A stretch of DNA of 57,921 nucleotides, filler included, from Sluysia triapertura (Eukaryota): the NCBI GenBank assembly GCA_046118255.1. It is 5 parts of 5 records of this genome, joined end to end, with 100 filler letters (N's around TTAATTAATTAA, not from the genome) between each part and the next. Parts side by side here need not be neighbours in the genome. Positions count along the whole stretch, not along the records: positions 11,071 to 24,416 come from JBJNIA010045127.1; positions 24,517 to 35,976 come from JBJNIA010183013.1; 3 more parts are not named here. One strand, 5' to 3'. The translations under genes were made by a program, and so were the position numbers. Under the pieces are notes generated by a model. That model was not told where the DNA came from and did not search any database. It was given only the letters and a program-made list of their open reading frames with translations. Below are positions 12,130 to 25,818 of this stretch, piece after piece (the first letter of the stretch is position 1; every line of letters starts with the position of its first letter).

Positions 12130-14229
12130 TTTTAGTGCCGCCTTAAGACCAGGCGAAAACAATGTATTTTATTTGTAAACCTTAAGTTCGACTTAGGATC
12201 AGAAATTAACGAATAAGAACAAAAATAAAACAAAAATGAATTGTAAAACTTTAATAAAATACAAAAGCAAACATCAATGTTATATAAATCGTTCGTTGGC
12301 ATATACGCTTCAGGGCTACACCACCGGCACATCCACGGACGACTTTTGAGTCAATGAGCAGTTGATAGTGCTGGATATTGTGGTTGTATGTTATTATAAT
12401 ATTTAAATTTATTATCGAATTTACCAGATCATTTACAATGATCATTTTATTTGTAATTTTAAAAAACTTTATTTTTACACAGAAGTATGAATCTAGATTG
12501 AAGAATTTTAGAATGAAAATATCGAAACTGAACTTACAAAAGATTTTATTTGACATAAAAATTTTTAATTTTTTCTTTATCATCCGTCGTCCTTACTTCC
12601 CTTCCTAAAATAAAACTAACATTTAAGTTATTACTAAGATAAAAATAAATAAAATTTACATTTACAAAGTCATTAAGGTTGGCATTATTTGACTGAATAC
12701 GTGCGTTGACCGATTGCAATAAACTTAATAGTCGGGAACGATGGTCCACGTTGCCTTCCTGAAAATGTGGATCCTCCAATTGATCGATAGTGTGGGCACG
12801 TATACATCTGTTTGGATATCTCAAGCATGTACCGTTGAAATCACTTCTATAAGGGCATTTTGATAAACCACTACGCACATTTGAATTTTGCATACTTTTG
12901 ATAGTGTTATAATGTAGATACACTTGAATAGCAGAATTGTTCTCTGATTGCGCAATACATTCACCTGATTTATAGCAAAAACTGTAAGAAAGCTTCTCGT
13001 TATACACTTTACTCTTTGATATATCATAATATTGTGACATTGATTGGTAATGTTTTGTATTGATTATAGACTCAAATTCAGAAATATATTTGTCTAGTAG
13101 TGCTATAGCGCTCAAAAGAATTAGAGATTGACTCTGTGCACTTCGTAATGAACTATATTCATCATCACCAATTATGATAGATTTTTCATTCTTAGATTCA
13201 TCATCAATATTGAGCATGTAAGTTGAGTTCTTCCTCAGATTAAAGTCAAGTGTATTATTATTAACGGTTGTCCTATTTAAAAGAGTAGTTAAATTTTTAA
13301 GACGAACTCCTGATGTGTAATAAAAGACCAGAGCAGCACAAAGGCATCTTAATAACGAATAGGTAACTTTATCAATGTTATGATCAGTGATTGGCCACAT
13401 TTTCGATAAATGATTAACTGAGATTATTGAGAATATTGAATAATTTTGATCAGATTCCGGTAATAATTCCGGGAATTCTCGTAACAGTTCAGTACTGTTA
13501 ACACGACGTTTATTCTCATACAAACTTTCGCCAATTAAAATGCATTGAGTAGATGGTACATGTACCGTAAAATATCATATTCGACTTTGATCACAATAAT
13601 TACTAGTATATAACAACAATGAACCTAAATCACTAAAATTCTGTATATAACACATCCATTCAGAACGCGAATAACTTTGGTTTAATTTCATATGTTATTT
13701 TTTCATTTCCTTACAAGCATTGTTTTCTAACCACACATAAAGATATTTTCGAATATTTAAAAAAATCATTAGAACCGTTGAATTCTACTTCATATGATTT
13801 GGACTGAGATGTCGCAACTGAAGAACTTAAAACATATTGAATCCTTTCTAATGATGTTATTTCGCAAATATAAGCCTTCAAGTAGTAATTAATTAATGAA
13901 ATATGTTTATTGTATCGAAAGGTTCGCTACTACCTAAACTATTTATAAAATCATTTACATCCTTTTCAAATAGTAATTCCATGATTTTTGCAGGGTGATT
14001 CAAAAAATATTGAAAAAATCTGAATTAGAAGGATAATGTGTTAGATATCTTTCACCAAATTCGTTATAAATTTCGCAACCACTAAAAGACTTTTTGAGCG
14101 ATTCTGTGAGAATTTAAGGATGTAAAGAATCATAGCGACTGATCTATATATCCATTTCAAATAAATTAAATGATCCATTACAGTACTAATATGTACAAAA
14201 CGAAATAATGCTTTATTTTTAAAATTCAT
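12130..14229 (-). pseudogene. Copy A (best preserved) of an uncharacterised ORF family with an Unkempt-type CCCH zinc finger
   Basis: 325-aa open stretch 12546-13523 contains CPYRSDFNGTCLRYPNRCIRAH (12792-12857), preceded by YKSGEC. The same frame extends upstream through TGA/TAA stops and frameshifts to MNFKNK at 14229. GT-AG intron candidate 12659-12605 (55 nt). Confidence 0.65.
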
Positions 14230-14289
14230 TTTTTTGCTACACAAAAATCTTTTCTAATTTATTTACTAATTATTTTTTAGTTAACTAAT

Positions 14290-14820
14290 AAATCTGGACA
14301 AAATAGCAATTTTTGATTGGCTGTAGTATTATCAGAGTAACATTTTAATGAATATCAAGAATTTGATTAATTGTGTATTAATGTGTCGAAAACAAATTAC
14401 CCTGATAAAGCGACCACTATCAATGATGACAACAGAACATACATAGCAACTCATAGTGGCACCATTGATAGTGGCAATAAAATTAATAATTTGACAAAAA
14501 TTAAAGGTTTTATTATAAAAATTATCAAAATATAATGATAACAATAATAATAATAGTAACAGCAGGAATATTACCATTATTATTATTATTGTTATTAATG
14601 CATAAATTCTTTTAAAAGTTGAAAACATAATCTTTCTTCTAATTCCTTTAAATTTCTCAACATATTTAAAAGTCAAAGATGATGAAAATTAAGAATGATA
14701 TTAATAATAACAAGAACGACAATGTTATTGTTATTATTATAAAAATACATAAAGTCTTTAGATTCTTTAAAACATAATCTTTTCTTGTATTATTTTATTT
14801 ATTCTCAACATATTTAGGTT
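14290..14820 (-). repeat. Shared upstream cassette, with internal duplication of the AAAACATAATCTTT...TTCTCAACATATTTA segment
   Basis: Homologous to 3790-4170 and 30060-30450; duplicated segment at ~14600-14670 and ~14750-14820. Confidence 0.6.
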
Positions 14821-14939
14821 TATTTAGAGCAGTTGAAAATCTTTAAATGTCCAAGTGTTAAGTGCTACAATGTTAAAAAGTTAGGACTTAAGTACTTTGA
14901 AATGATACAAATATTTTACGTGAATTTAAAAATATACAT

Positions 14940-15425
14940 TGATGTTCTGGATGAAGGTAATGTTTAGATGTTAGAAGGTCGTGATTGAAAATGCATTGAA
15001 AAGAGTGTGGTTTATAGGATAAAAAGAAGATACATGTAGTCTATGTTTTGGTACATTCTAAAAGAAAATGATTTTGGTTATATTGACGTGGGATTATGTA
15101 AAAAAGGTTTTAATGAATTCTTTTGAAAATGTGTATTGTATATTTTGGAGCAGTATGTGGTTTAATAATTTTGTAAAAGAAAATTCTTAATAAAATTTGT
15201 TGAAATTAATAGGTTGGCCACCACACTGGATACCACCAATTTCTCCTTTAATGATCGACAGCTGAAATAAATGAATGTGGACTTCCACATTTGCTTACCA
15301 AGAATTAGAAAAATTAAAAACGTCCATTCTTTCCAGAAATTATTCTTGAAACAATATTGAATTAGGGCTTCAAGAACAAGCTTTAATTGAGTAGCATTAT
15401 ACTTTATTGTGGAAAATTTTAGCAA
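14940..15425 (-). mobile_element. Penelope-like element remnant (RT motif plus GIY-YIG C-terminus, internally deleted)
   Basis: LIQYCFKNNF...VSSVVANLL resembles PLE RT (GSP.S.VVANL). 14940-15060 is clearly homologous at nucleotide level to 30470-30590. No YVDD present. Confidence 0.6.
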
Positions 15426-16789
15426 ACGTACATAACTTAAGAGGATTTGAGTATCCAGTAGAATAGTTGAAGCACAGATGTAACATTTAAATGATATGTC
15501 GGAAAAACTAAGTAAAGCATATGTGACGAATTACGAAAAATGTTTCTCTACAAAATTTCTACTTTTTCATATTGTTTCTTAATTTTAGTGTTGGACAGAA
15601 ATTCCTTTATGAGGTTTGTTGAAACATTTACTCAAGTTGTACAGTTTCAAATTCAAATAAATATTTAAAATGTCATTGTGAGACTTAGAATTATAGCATA
15701 AATAACATAAATCGTGAATGTTCAAATAGGAAAATATTTTAAAATTAATTCAACTAATATTGCAAAAGTTAAATGTCTTTCATGAGAGGATATTTTAAAT
15801 TTTTTTGGTTTTGAAAAATGATCGCAACATGTATTTTCTTTTTAAATTCATGGTTATAATTTAATTAGTTATCGCGTCGAAGTAATATCAATTTTCTTTT
15901 ATGGTACTTTTATTAATTGGCACTTTTTAAGGTCTCCTACTTGACTGCTTATAGCAATTTTTGATTTTAATTAATCTTTCAACATCATTAATGAATTTTT
16001 ATTAAATAATAACAGTAATAATAGTAATAAAATAATAATTAAAATAGTAGTAATAAAAATAGTAATAATAAAAATAAAAATAAATGAATCAACTGTATAT
16101 TGTAATATTTAAACTTTATATAATACTACTTAATAATTTTTAAAATAATTTAAGTTTAAAAGAAGTATAATTTAAATTTTTTATTAAAATTAATAAGATC
16201 AATTTGTATTGGATTTTCCTAACTTGTATGTTCTTCAAGATGTGCTAGCTAGTGACAAAAGACGTGTGAGTGCTAGAACATTGCATGACTAATTGGAGGA
16301 AACAATTAAAACTTTTATTTTATTACGATAAAAATTTATAAAATTTAGTAAAGAGTTGAGTCTACCTTTAACCGAATCTCAGAAATAAGTAAATACATAA
16401 ATGAAATTGATTCATTCTGCGTTTTAGAAAAGTATAAGCATATGCTTCATAAATAAAATTGCATAAATATTGTATATTTTAATTTCAATTTGTAATAAGT
16501 ACATTTAAGTAGGAATAAAAATGAATAAATTATTATGATCTTAAAAATTTATGCTGATTGTTGATATTCATTAAATGAATTTCGAAATAGTTGCATATAC
16601 TCAATGTACATCAGTATAGAAATTCATCATTTAAAATTATAAAAAAAACAATAACTCCATAAAAATTTCATTGGGATGGAAAGTTAATTAAAATTAGCAA
16701 TTAAAAGGAACAGCAAAGCAACCTTAATAATCAGTATAACACATTTTAACTAGAAATTACAAGATTTTGAGGTGTACGGTATTATAAAA

Positions 16790-16960
16790 ATTGAGTTTGT
16801 GTTTTATGTATATTGTTTGATGATCTGATATTTTGTGTGATATTATGTTGAAGTTTGTTTAAGATTTTATTTATAAGGAATATATTATTTTGTGTTGGTG
16901 TTTACTTGTCTTTACATGTACACTGTTTCGATTTTGAGTTGACTACAATAATAAAGTATA
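16790..16960 (-). mobile_element. LINE apurinic-endonuclease C-terminal fragment
   Basis: NFNIISHKISDHQTIYIK contains the terminal SDH motif of APE domains. Confidence 0.3.
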
Positions 16961-17107
16961 AAATGATTTTTTATATGAATAATTTAATAATCATGTTTCA
17001 AAACTTTAAATTATTCCTATAATCCGTAATTATTGATAATATTTAATAATAATAACTATTTATTACTTATAAAATATTGTCAATAATAATAGTATAAAAA
17101 TTATAAC

Positions 17108-17225
17108 CGGTGAATTTTGCTGTCGTGATACCAAGCTTGTAAAGAGTAAAGAAGTTTCCCATCACAAGTAGAGTAAGAATAATGTTTCCCACGGGGAAAA
17201 TAATTGATCCAATATAATCCATTAG
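17108..17225 (-). CDS. MFSD4: MFS transporter (MFSD4-like), C-terminal TM exon
   Basis: ttcag|LMDYIGSIIFPVGNIILTLLVMGNFFTLYKLGITTAKFT; phase 0 matches the preceding exon. The 3' end is either the donor at 17107 or the stop at 17067. Confidence 0.65.
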
Positions 17226-17539
17226 CTGAATTTTAAGAAAAAATGAAATTGAAATCTCTATGACAACTTGCATAATGTTCTGTTTTAATTATTTTTTTAA
17301 AAAGATAAAACTTATGAAAAGATTATAAGTTCTACATTTCACAACAATTTAAAGCTTTTCTAAGAAATCTGAAACTTCAAAAATTAAAACATTTTTTATA
17401 AAATTGCTGTTTACATAAAAATGTAAATTTCGAAAATAAATAAAATCTAATTAAAAAAACAAATTAATTATTATTTTTATTTTTAATGTTATTTTATTTT
17501 ATTTTGTTTAAATTTAATTTAATGTTACCAAGAATAGTA

Positions 17540-17770
17540 AGAGGATAATGAGAAAATATGTGAGTCATGCTAATGTCCTTAGGAAAAGTGATATTGTTTC
17601 TCTGAGTGTAGAATATATTCATTTTCCGCAGACCAAAAAGTGTGCTAATGTGCTTTTTAGTAAAGAGTTTGCCAAATTGTGTATGAGATAAATAATACGA
17701 TATTGTATCTAATGTTGCTAAAAATAGAAATAGAATGTTCCAGAAAAAATTTCAAGTTGTTTTTGAAGTG
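17540..17770 (-). mobile_element. PLE RT-like fragment in an MFSD4 intron
   Basis: TLDTISYYL..LFTKKHISTLF..NIF..PKDISM resembles the PLE RT region preceding G..MGSP. Confidence 0.25.
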
Positions 17771-18883
17771 CTAAAATTAGTAAAATTTCACTTTTTGTCT
17801 TTAGTCTAATCTTTAGCTTACATGGAACTTCAGATGTGATGACAAAGGTCATGTTACATATAGGTGACTCCGTTGACACAACTTAGCGGTCCAGTCCGAT
17901 CTCACAGTAAAATATATGGACAACATTATCAAAAAGTAAAAACAATGAAAACTAAAATTTTTAAATGGTATTAAATTTGTGCAGTCTTCGATGTGTTATT
18001 TTCAAAATATTTTTTATAATACCATTGATTTTTCAATTGTAACATTTTATCAAATAAATACTGAAGATAACGATATTAAAAAAGATTTTATTACTTAAAA
18101 TTTAAAATTATAACTTAAATTATAACTTAATTAAATTGCGTTTTTGAAACATTTTTATAGAAAAAATAAAATAAAATTATTTTTTTAATTTGAATTTTAA
18201 ATATATTTAATAAAAGCGATTAAAAATATTATTTAACAAAAACGTGTTCATTCTTTAACTAAATTTATTCGAATAATTGATATTCTTAATATAAAAATAA
18301 TTAAATAATATTAATAATATATTCTATGTAATATGAATTTAAAAAATATATATACATAAATTATGTTTTCAAGAGGTGAATAAAATAAATACTTGGTTCT
18401 TACACTGTATTATTAAATTGGCTTCGAGAACTGAATAATTAGATAAGAATTTTTTTCATTTTTATTTTAAAATATTTTTATAATATTAAAACATAAATAG
18501 TTGTGTTTTAGAAGTAATCAATTATTTGCAATGTCATATCGAATCAGTTTAAACTTGGTTATCATTTCAAATCATTTCAAAAATGGTTTCATCAAACAAG
18601 TAAATATTGAATTTTATAGTTACCGCTTAACAATGAAGTAAAATACATAAACTACTTCAAATTTATTTCTAAAAAATGTTGCCATAAGTAATTAGCAATT
18701 CTGTAAAAAATTAATAAATAAATCTTATTAAAAAATTTCTTTCTTTAATAATTATTGCATTTAATAAAATTTAATAATATATTTGATATTATTTAATAAT
18801 TTATACCATTTCTTAAATATTATACTAGATTTTATTTTACATTTTAAATGCAAACTATAAAAGTAAGGATCAATATAAATTAC

Positions 18884-18954
18884 CGTGCCAAATATAAGTT
18901 GAAGAAGAGCTTCTCCTAATGATGCACTGAATATAATAAACGTTGTTCTCCATT
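18884..18954 (-). CDS. MFSD4: MFS transporter (MFSD4-like) internal exon
   Basis: 71-nt exon, ttacag|..WRTTFIIFSASLGEALLQLIFGT|gtaatt; resembles MFSD4A TTVLVTGAGVGEMVLQMLVGS (recalled). Phase 1 matches the upstream exon. Confidence 0.75.
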
Positions 18955-19988
18955 CTGTAAAAAATAAACAACAAAACATAAAAGCAATTAATCTTCTTAT
19001 TTTGATTTATTAATTCTTGTTAACAAAATTTATTTGTTGTTGGTTTATATTCTATAAATATTGATATTTGATTGTATTATATTTTCGAAATATTATTTTT
19101 ACACATAATTATATCAATAAAACATTTGGTAAATATATGTTAATATATAAATCAATTAAGAAGTTAGGACGTTTATTGAAGTATTTTTTATTTAAGCATT
19201 TTGTATTTTATATTAGACAATAATTTCATTTCTAAAATAAGAAATATATAACTTACAAAAAAAGGGTATTTGTTAAATACTTTTGATTTCTTCGAAAGCA
19301 ATTTGACATTCTTGAAAAATATTTAATGAAAAATTTGTCATTGTCTAAACTTAAATTTAAGAAAGAATTTATGTAGCACAGAAAAGTGTGAAAATGTAAT
19401 TACTCTTGAATCAAATAATAAGAATAATTTTTTAAGTTAACAAGGTATCTCAAATAGAACAACGTCTTAAAAAAGTAAAGCGGCTATAAGTAAAAGCAAA
19501 AGTAAGATTTAAAATCATGGTGTTAATCCATTTATGTTTATGATAAAGAAGTCTTGAAACAAAAATGTATAAGGAATACGCAATAATAATTACAATTAGC
19601 AATAAATTAGTAATATTCAAAAAAATAATAATTTATTATAGAAAGTCATGATATTCGGGAAAGTATAAAAGCACATAAAAAAGCACATAAAACATAATGA
19701 GTGAAAACAGAAGTAATTTCATTATTTTTATAAGAAAATATTAAAGATGATAAAAAGGTAAATTATTCGTATATAAAATACTAATAAAATATAAATATAA
19801 ATGCATTAAATGTATGAATTAACCAATTTTCTATCTGTACTATCTAATTTCGTTTATTTAAAATGCCTAGTAATTAATTGAGTATATATGACTGTTGCCT
19901 ATGACACTATCAATTATTTCAAAAAGAAAGAATAATGGATGATTCAATATTGCTATTATTTAAATGAAAGTTAATAATTTTATTTATA

Positions 19989-20025
<37 letters not shown>

Positions 20026-21426
20026 GTTGCTGTTGTTATAAAATGACATTTTTATTAAATGAATTTTTCTTTAATTCATTTTCATCAACATCTAAAATTC
20101 AATGAATATTTGAAAATTTGATGATTTTTTATGAAAAAATTCATTTTTGTCTTATTTTTATTTTTTTATAAGCTTGCAACAAAATGAAAAATAAGAAAAA
20201 AGTATTATTTATAGAGACTAATGATACATTAAAGGATTAAAGTATACAGAGTTTACTGAAATAATATATTTATGCTGGTTTTTACAAAATCTGATTTTAT
20301 ATTATTTCTTTAAAACCAAATATTTGCAAAATTTACTTGAATTATTAAAAATCATATTAAAAGAATTGCAATAATAATAATAATAATTATTATTACTATT
20401 ATTATTATAATTATAATTATAAAAGACGTATTGTATTATCTCTAGGAACTAAACCTAATCATTTCCTTTCATTCTTACTTTTAATTTTCTCTCATCAATA
20501 AATGAAAACTGATACTGATTTCAATTTTCTATACTATTTAATGATTTTAAAGTAAACAATAATTTTTATTTATAAAATATCTTTTATACAGTTATGTACT
20601 TTGTGTTGTGTATAAAGTATTTTAATATCGTTTTAATGTTTTTGAACAAAATAATATAGTTCAAATATATCGTATATATTAAAATTACTTATAAAAATGA
20701 TTTTACAAATTATTTTATTAAAATTTAAATTTTTTATAATTTGGAAACACTTTAGAAATGTAATTTTTCTTTAGCATATTATGTGGCTTTTTCATGATAG
20801 ATAAGACATTTTTTCTCTAAGTCATATCAATAAAATAGATATATTAAGTGAGATTTTTGTGATTTTCAGAAATATATTCTTAAAAGGCGAACATATTTGG
20901 AATTTAAATCTCATAAAATAGACTTATGCTTAGAAATTTCGCACACTAGTATATTCTAAAATCATTAATTAGTTTCGTTATGCATTTGTATTATATTTAA
21001 TAAAATACATGCTTTTTATGAGGAAAAGTGATGCAAATTATTTTTGCATTCTTTAAACTAATATATAATTTTTATTTACTAACATTCAAAAAATTAATAT
21101 AAATAAAATAAACTCTACACATTAGCTAAATATATTTCTTAAAGTTGACTAAAGTTAATCATTGGATGACACACATAAATAATACTATGTGGGTGTAGTT
21201 TGTTATTTTCAATTATTTTGATTTATACCTATAATTTCTATAATGTATGTAACAACAATACTGTTTTATTTATTTTTCTAATAAAGTAAATACGACAGTT
21301 ATGTATCCTCTTTAATTAAATATTTTTATTTACTTAAATATAGCTAATATTTAGTTGCGATTTATGTTACAAAATAAAATAATATAAAAATAAATTAATA
21401 TTAAAACAATAGTAAATTAGTATTAC

Positions 21427-21574
21427 TTGTTAAATTAATAAATTCTTCTGCCAAAGAAATTACACCAGGTGTCATGTTACTCAAGCTTAATCCGATGATA
21501 CAAGTGGCTACATAAAGTACTTTACCTTGATTTTGACCACAAGCCATCAACAAAACACCAAAGAATAAAAAAAT
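21427..21574 (-). CDS. MFSD4: MFS transporter (MFSD4-like) internal exon
   Basis: 148-nt exon, tttag|IFLFFGVLLMACGQNQGKVLYVATCIIGLSLSNMTPGVISLAEEFINLT|gtaata; resembles MFSD4A LFVGTASLGLFLSSTFPSMLAYTE (recalled). Confidence 0.75.
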
Positions 21575-22535
21575 CTAAACATTAATGATAGTAATAATTA
21601 TAATATTATTTGCTATTTTTATTAAGAAAGAAAATAAAAATATATTTTATTATTTTGAATTTTTATCCAATTTTTGTGATAATTTTTAATTATATTTACG
21701 TTTTAAGTATTAATTATTTGTATCATAATTTTGTTTTCGAAAGTTATTTTGAAAATAATATCATTCATCACACATTGCCGAAAATATCCAACAATCGATG
21801 GATACATAATAAACATGTTAGATTAAGTGCGACGTGCACAAGGAAAAACAATAATTTTGTAAAATTATTATTAACACATTCTATACGGCTATACAGCTGA
21901 AAAGTGGGCGATTTTTTTATCTTATGATAATTTATTTATTAATTTATTAAAAGTCATAAATATTTATTATTTATTGAACATTTATTACTATGTACATAAC
22001 GTGTTGATTCGTTTCTCGTAAAGAATGTGTTAATATTAGAATTTATATTTTCGTTTTAAATTTTGTTTCGTTTGAAAATTAATATTATCAGGACCATAAA
22101 CATCAGAATAATAATAATATTAAAATAACATTATAACCATAATAATTTTAATCATAGAAATAATAATGCCAAATTGTAAATAATTTAATAAACTAATTTT
22201 CTATAATAATAATAATAATAATTTTAATAATCTAATAAAAACAATAATAATAAAAACAGGATAATAATAATAGCATATAATAATAGCGATTTTAATGATA
22301 AATAATAAAAACAATAAAATAATAAAAATAATTAAATAAAAAATAATTAAATAATAAAAATTTTTCTTCGTACGTCTGATCAAGTGAGTTAAAAATAGAA
22401 AGTACACACATATTCAGATAGTGAATAATGAGCCAAGGAAGAGGATAAAACGTAAAAAAAATAAAATATTATGATATTGATTAATTGACTTAATCGTCAA
22501 GACTAATGTTTTGTTGGATTAGTAAAAATTTGGTT

Positions 22536-24250
22536 ATGAATTTGAAGTCATTTTTTCGACTCTTGTCCTTTCTCATTGTTTGCATATTTATCTTTAACTA
22601 TTTATCATGCAATATTATGGTTTAATAAAAAGGAACGTGATAGTAATCATGTAAATCCATTACAAAGATATTCAGTAATGATTTTAAATGTTACGAATTA
22701 TTTTACTACGAAGTTATTCGATATACAAAGTAAATTAACTTTTCTAGAATAACATAATGAAATATGTAATGATAAAAATCCATTTGATTACCATTTTCCA
22801 TTATTTCCACATGAAATTAAAGTTGATAATGATGATCGCATATCAAACGCGTTATGTACCATATCAAAAGTCAAATAAAACAATTTATGAAGTGTTTTAA
22901 CATATATATAGAAGATGAAATGAAAAAGTGCTATATTTAAAATGTCGTTCGGCAAATAATATTTCTTCGGCTAATTTAGTATGGAGCAATTTCAATTCCG
23001 TATCTAATCTCGCGAAACTAACATTGAACAAACAGATTTATGTACTTTAATCTAAAACACGATATTACATCAGTATAAACGATAAACAATTAAATAACAA
23101 GAAAGTATAATGATTCAATTTATAAGGTGATCCTTTATATTGCATTTAACATATCTAGAATTGACAACAAGCAGAAAACGGCACAAGCAGATGTGCTACA
23201 TGAGTTGTTTGACGTGAGTTGTGTTCAGTAAATATGTCAACAGTACTGTAATGACGGTAATGTCGTAACTACATTTGTAACGGAATTTATATTGAATTTA
23301 GAAATTTAACAAAAGAAAATGTTAAAATCTTGTTACAACTTTGACGTACACTATCATGATTTGGTGAGCCAAGACTCAAAAGGACCTTATCTCAATTTCG
23401 AAATAGCTTAATCATAACACAAACAACTTTCATGCACAACTACTTTTTCTGATATTTCCGATATTTGCATGACTTATAGAAGTTTTGATACATTGTCATT
23501 AATAAATCTTAACTAACTAAAGGTTCGTTATTTGCTTTAAGACTAGAAAGAAAATTTAAAATTTCATTTAGCACTCATATCTCTTAAATCAGAAACGATT
23601 AGTACTTCGAATTTCAATAAAGAATATTTATATTATTAAATAAAGTATCACGTTAGTTTAAAGTGAATTCAGTTACGTTTGAATATTGTTAAAGAAGTAA
23701 AAGTTCTACTATTAATAATTTGAAAGGTAATAAGAGTTATTATTTCTAAGTATTGTGAGTTTAAATTAAGAAAAGATAAGCAGTTTATATTCCTTATTTT
23801 AGTGATTTTTATAAATTCCTAAAATTATCAAAAATGAAACCTTTCTGTATTTATTCCAGTATAGAATCCAATTACGAAGATTCAACACGTGATCATTAAC
23901 AACCATGCGACAACAACAAAAGAAATTTTATTAAATCCGACCTTTAGATGTAAAACAGCTTAGAGATGGTAGCGAAAATATTAAACAAGAACCCCATGCT
24001 GAAGTAATAAAATTGAAACTGAAAATATAAAAACAGATGGAAAAATTAAACGAAAACGAAAAAATTAAACAATCAAATATAACAGTTCCTAGGGATGAAA
24101 ATATAAAGTCAATTAATCAAAGTAATCAATGGACCTATACGACTTTAAAAACCGCATCTTCATACTTACGAGGTAATAAATTAGGCAACAGTTTTTATGA
24201 ATCCAAAAAGTCATTTACAAAATATCCATTGCTGGACCTGATCATCAGCA
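22536..24250 (+). pseudogene. Decayed copy E of the same ORF family (N-terminal/central part; finger not reached before the LINE fragment and contig end)
   Basis: Collinear matches to copy A: MNLKSFFRL/MNFKNKALFRF, EMKKCYI*N/EMKK..CYIQN, QYCND/NYCDQ, FSDIS/FSIIS, KVRYLL/KVTYSLL, DENIKSI..YTTLKTASS/DESKNEKSI..YSSLRSAQS. Confidence 0.6.
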
Positions 24251-24325
24251 CAAACATTATTCTAATGGGTCACTTCCATTTTCGATATCAATGTCTCATT
24301 TTGTCTCCTAATCTCTACTTATTTC

Positions 24326-24416
24326 ATAAAATGGTTTGAAAATAAATACTTGAAAATCAATGAAGAAAAGTCAGAATTTATAATCTTCAGTAATAAAAAT
24401 AGCGACAATGCCAAAA
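24326..24416 (+). mobile_element. L2/CR1-type RT fragment
   Basis: IKWFENKYLKINEEKSEFIIFSNK matches the W...N.LK.N..K.E RT motif. Confidence 0.65.
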
Positions 24417-24516
24417 NNNNNNNNNNNNNNNNNNNNNNNNNNNNNNNNNNNNNNNNNNNNTTAATTAATTAANNNNNNNNNNNNNNNNNNNNNNNNNNNN
24501 NNNNNNNNNNNNNNNN
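24417..24516. other. Artificial contig linker
   Basis: N44-TTAATTAATTAA-N44. Confidence 0.98.
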
Positions 24517-25818
24517 CACTTTATATAGTAAAATCCAACGGCTGGCCCTCGCTGGTAAGTCCAGTACGTTGGTGAACTCACAATAAGTTTTTAAATAAAC
24601 TTTCTTTTCTTTTATTCTCTCTCACTATCTTTATAAGACCTCACTTTAAATTGATTATTTCTACATTTTCACTTTAATTGTTATTTGTTATTAAATTTTG
24701 AATTTATATTAACTATATATTATCTCATTTTAAATTGATACTAAAGCATTATAATTTTAATAAACTTTAACCAATATTTTGTTAAAAATGAATATGTTAA
24801 ATATTATATTTTATTAAAAATGAGTTTATAAATTATTTTATTAAGAGTGAGTTTAATTAAAATGAAGAATGAGCATCATGTATGTATTACATTTTACATT
24901 ACAAAATGATTAAAAATAAATACTCATGTATAAACAAACTATATATCATGAAACTATCAAAATTTACTTTAATTCATACCAAGAATCTTTTCACGATTAT
25001 ATTTTAAAATTACATATTAAAGTTCATTTCATAATTCACAATGAATATTTTACGCAACATAAATGAGACTTCCATTTTTAATAAAATTCATTAGGTTTAA
25101 CTTCTTTTCCTTAGAAACATCAATGGACTATTCTATTGCATTGAGCCTAATTTCTAAGTGTGCTATATCATTACCCAAATTCATACCATTAGAAAAATTG
25201 TACCAAGAATCAACACTAGATAAATAATAAAAATATCAAAACTACGACAATATTTTAATTATTTTAAAAAATGGTGTGACATCGGATAATCACGCTTACA
25301 ATTAATTAGTATTCGTATAAATAACTGAAACAAGCTTAGTTTTATCACAATAAAAGTACAAGGAAAAATTGACAATTAAATAATAATAATTTATTAATTT
25401 TGAAACTACTCAGAGAAAATAAAGTTCTTTGAGATTTAATTTATATTTAATTACGATAAAGTATCAACAAAAGTAAAGTTAATCCTTCGATTCAATTAAT
25501 AATCTGTTTCATTCAATATCTGCAATTAATAAAGTCATCATAGTGCAGAAAGGAAGAATTAGTTATAAAATATCCGAAATTTTTGACTTAAATCCTTAGT
25601 ATTGAGACAAATGGCAAAATTATTTAAGTTAATTGCTATAAGTTCTTACTTGATTAAATCAAGTCATAAAATCAGAATATATTAATTATTCGAATAATAT
25701 AAAATTAATAAAAATATTATTGGAATTAATACTAAATTTCTTTAACATTCACTTAAATTTTATTATAGAATATTAAATTGACATCACTTATAGTTTTCAA
25801 GTGCTACATTAAACGAAC

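Noticed and set aside
13520-14229. In-frame TAA/TAG/TGA suggesting stop-codon reassignment or readthrough
   Set aside because: All three stop types and frameshifts occur only in decayed elements. Real exons (TEP, P4-ATPase, KCNQ) have no internal stops, and DDX11 ends at TAG.
17835-17920. GTGATGA box C motif, possible C/D snoRNA
   Set aside because: No downstream box D (CTGA) or terminal stem.
19200-19760. Faint LINE RT-like traces (also 25050-25620, 49600-50210, 51200-51900) and a gag-like trace at 52200-52960
   Set aside because: Motifs are too eroded to support family calls or boundaries by eye.
22201-22407. Hydrophobic Ile/Leu-rich ORFs (also 14332-14676, 21610-21900, 50213-50491)
   Set aside because: Translations of (AAT/ATT)n and AT-rich tracts; no protein motifs.
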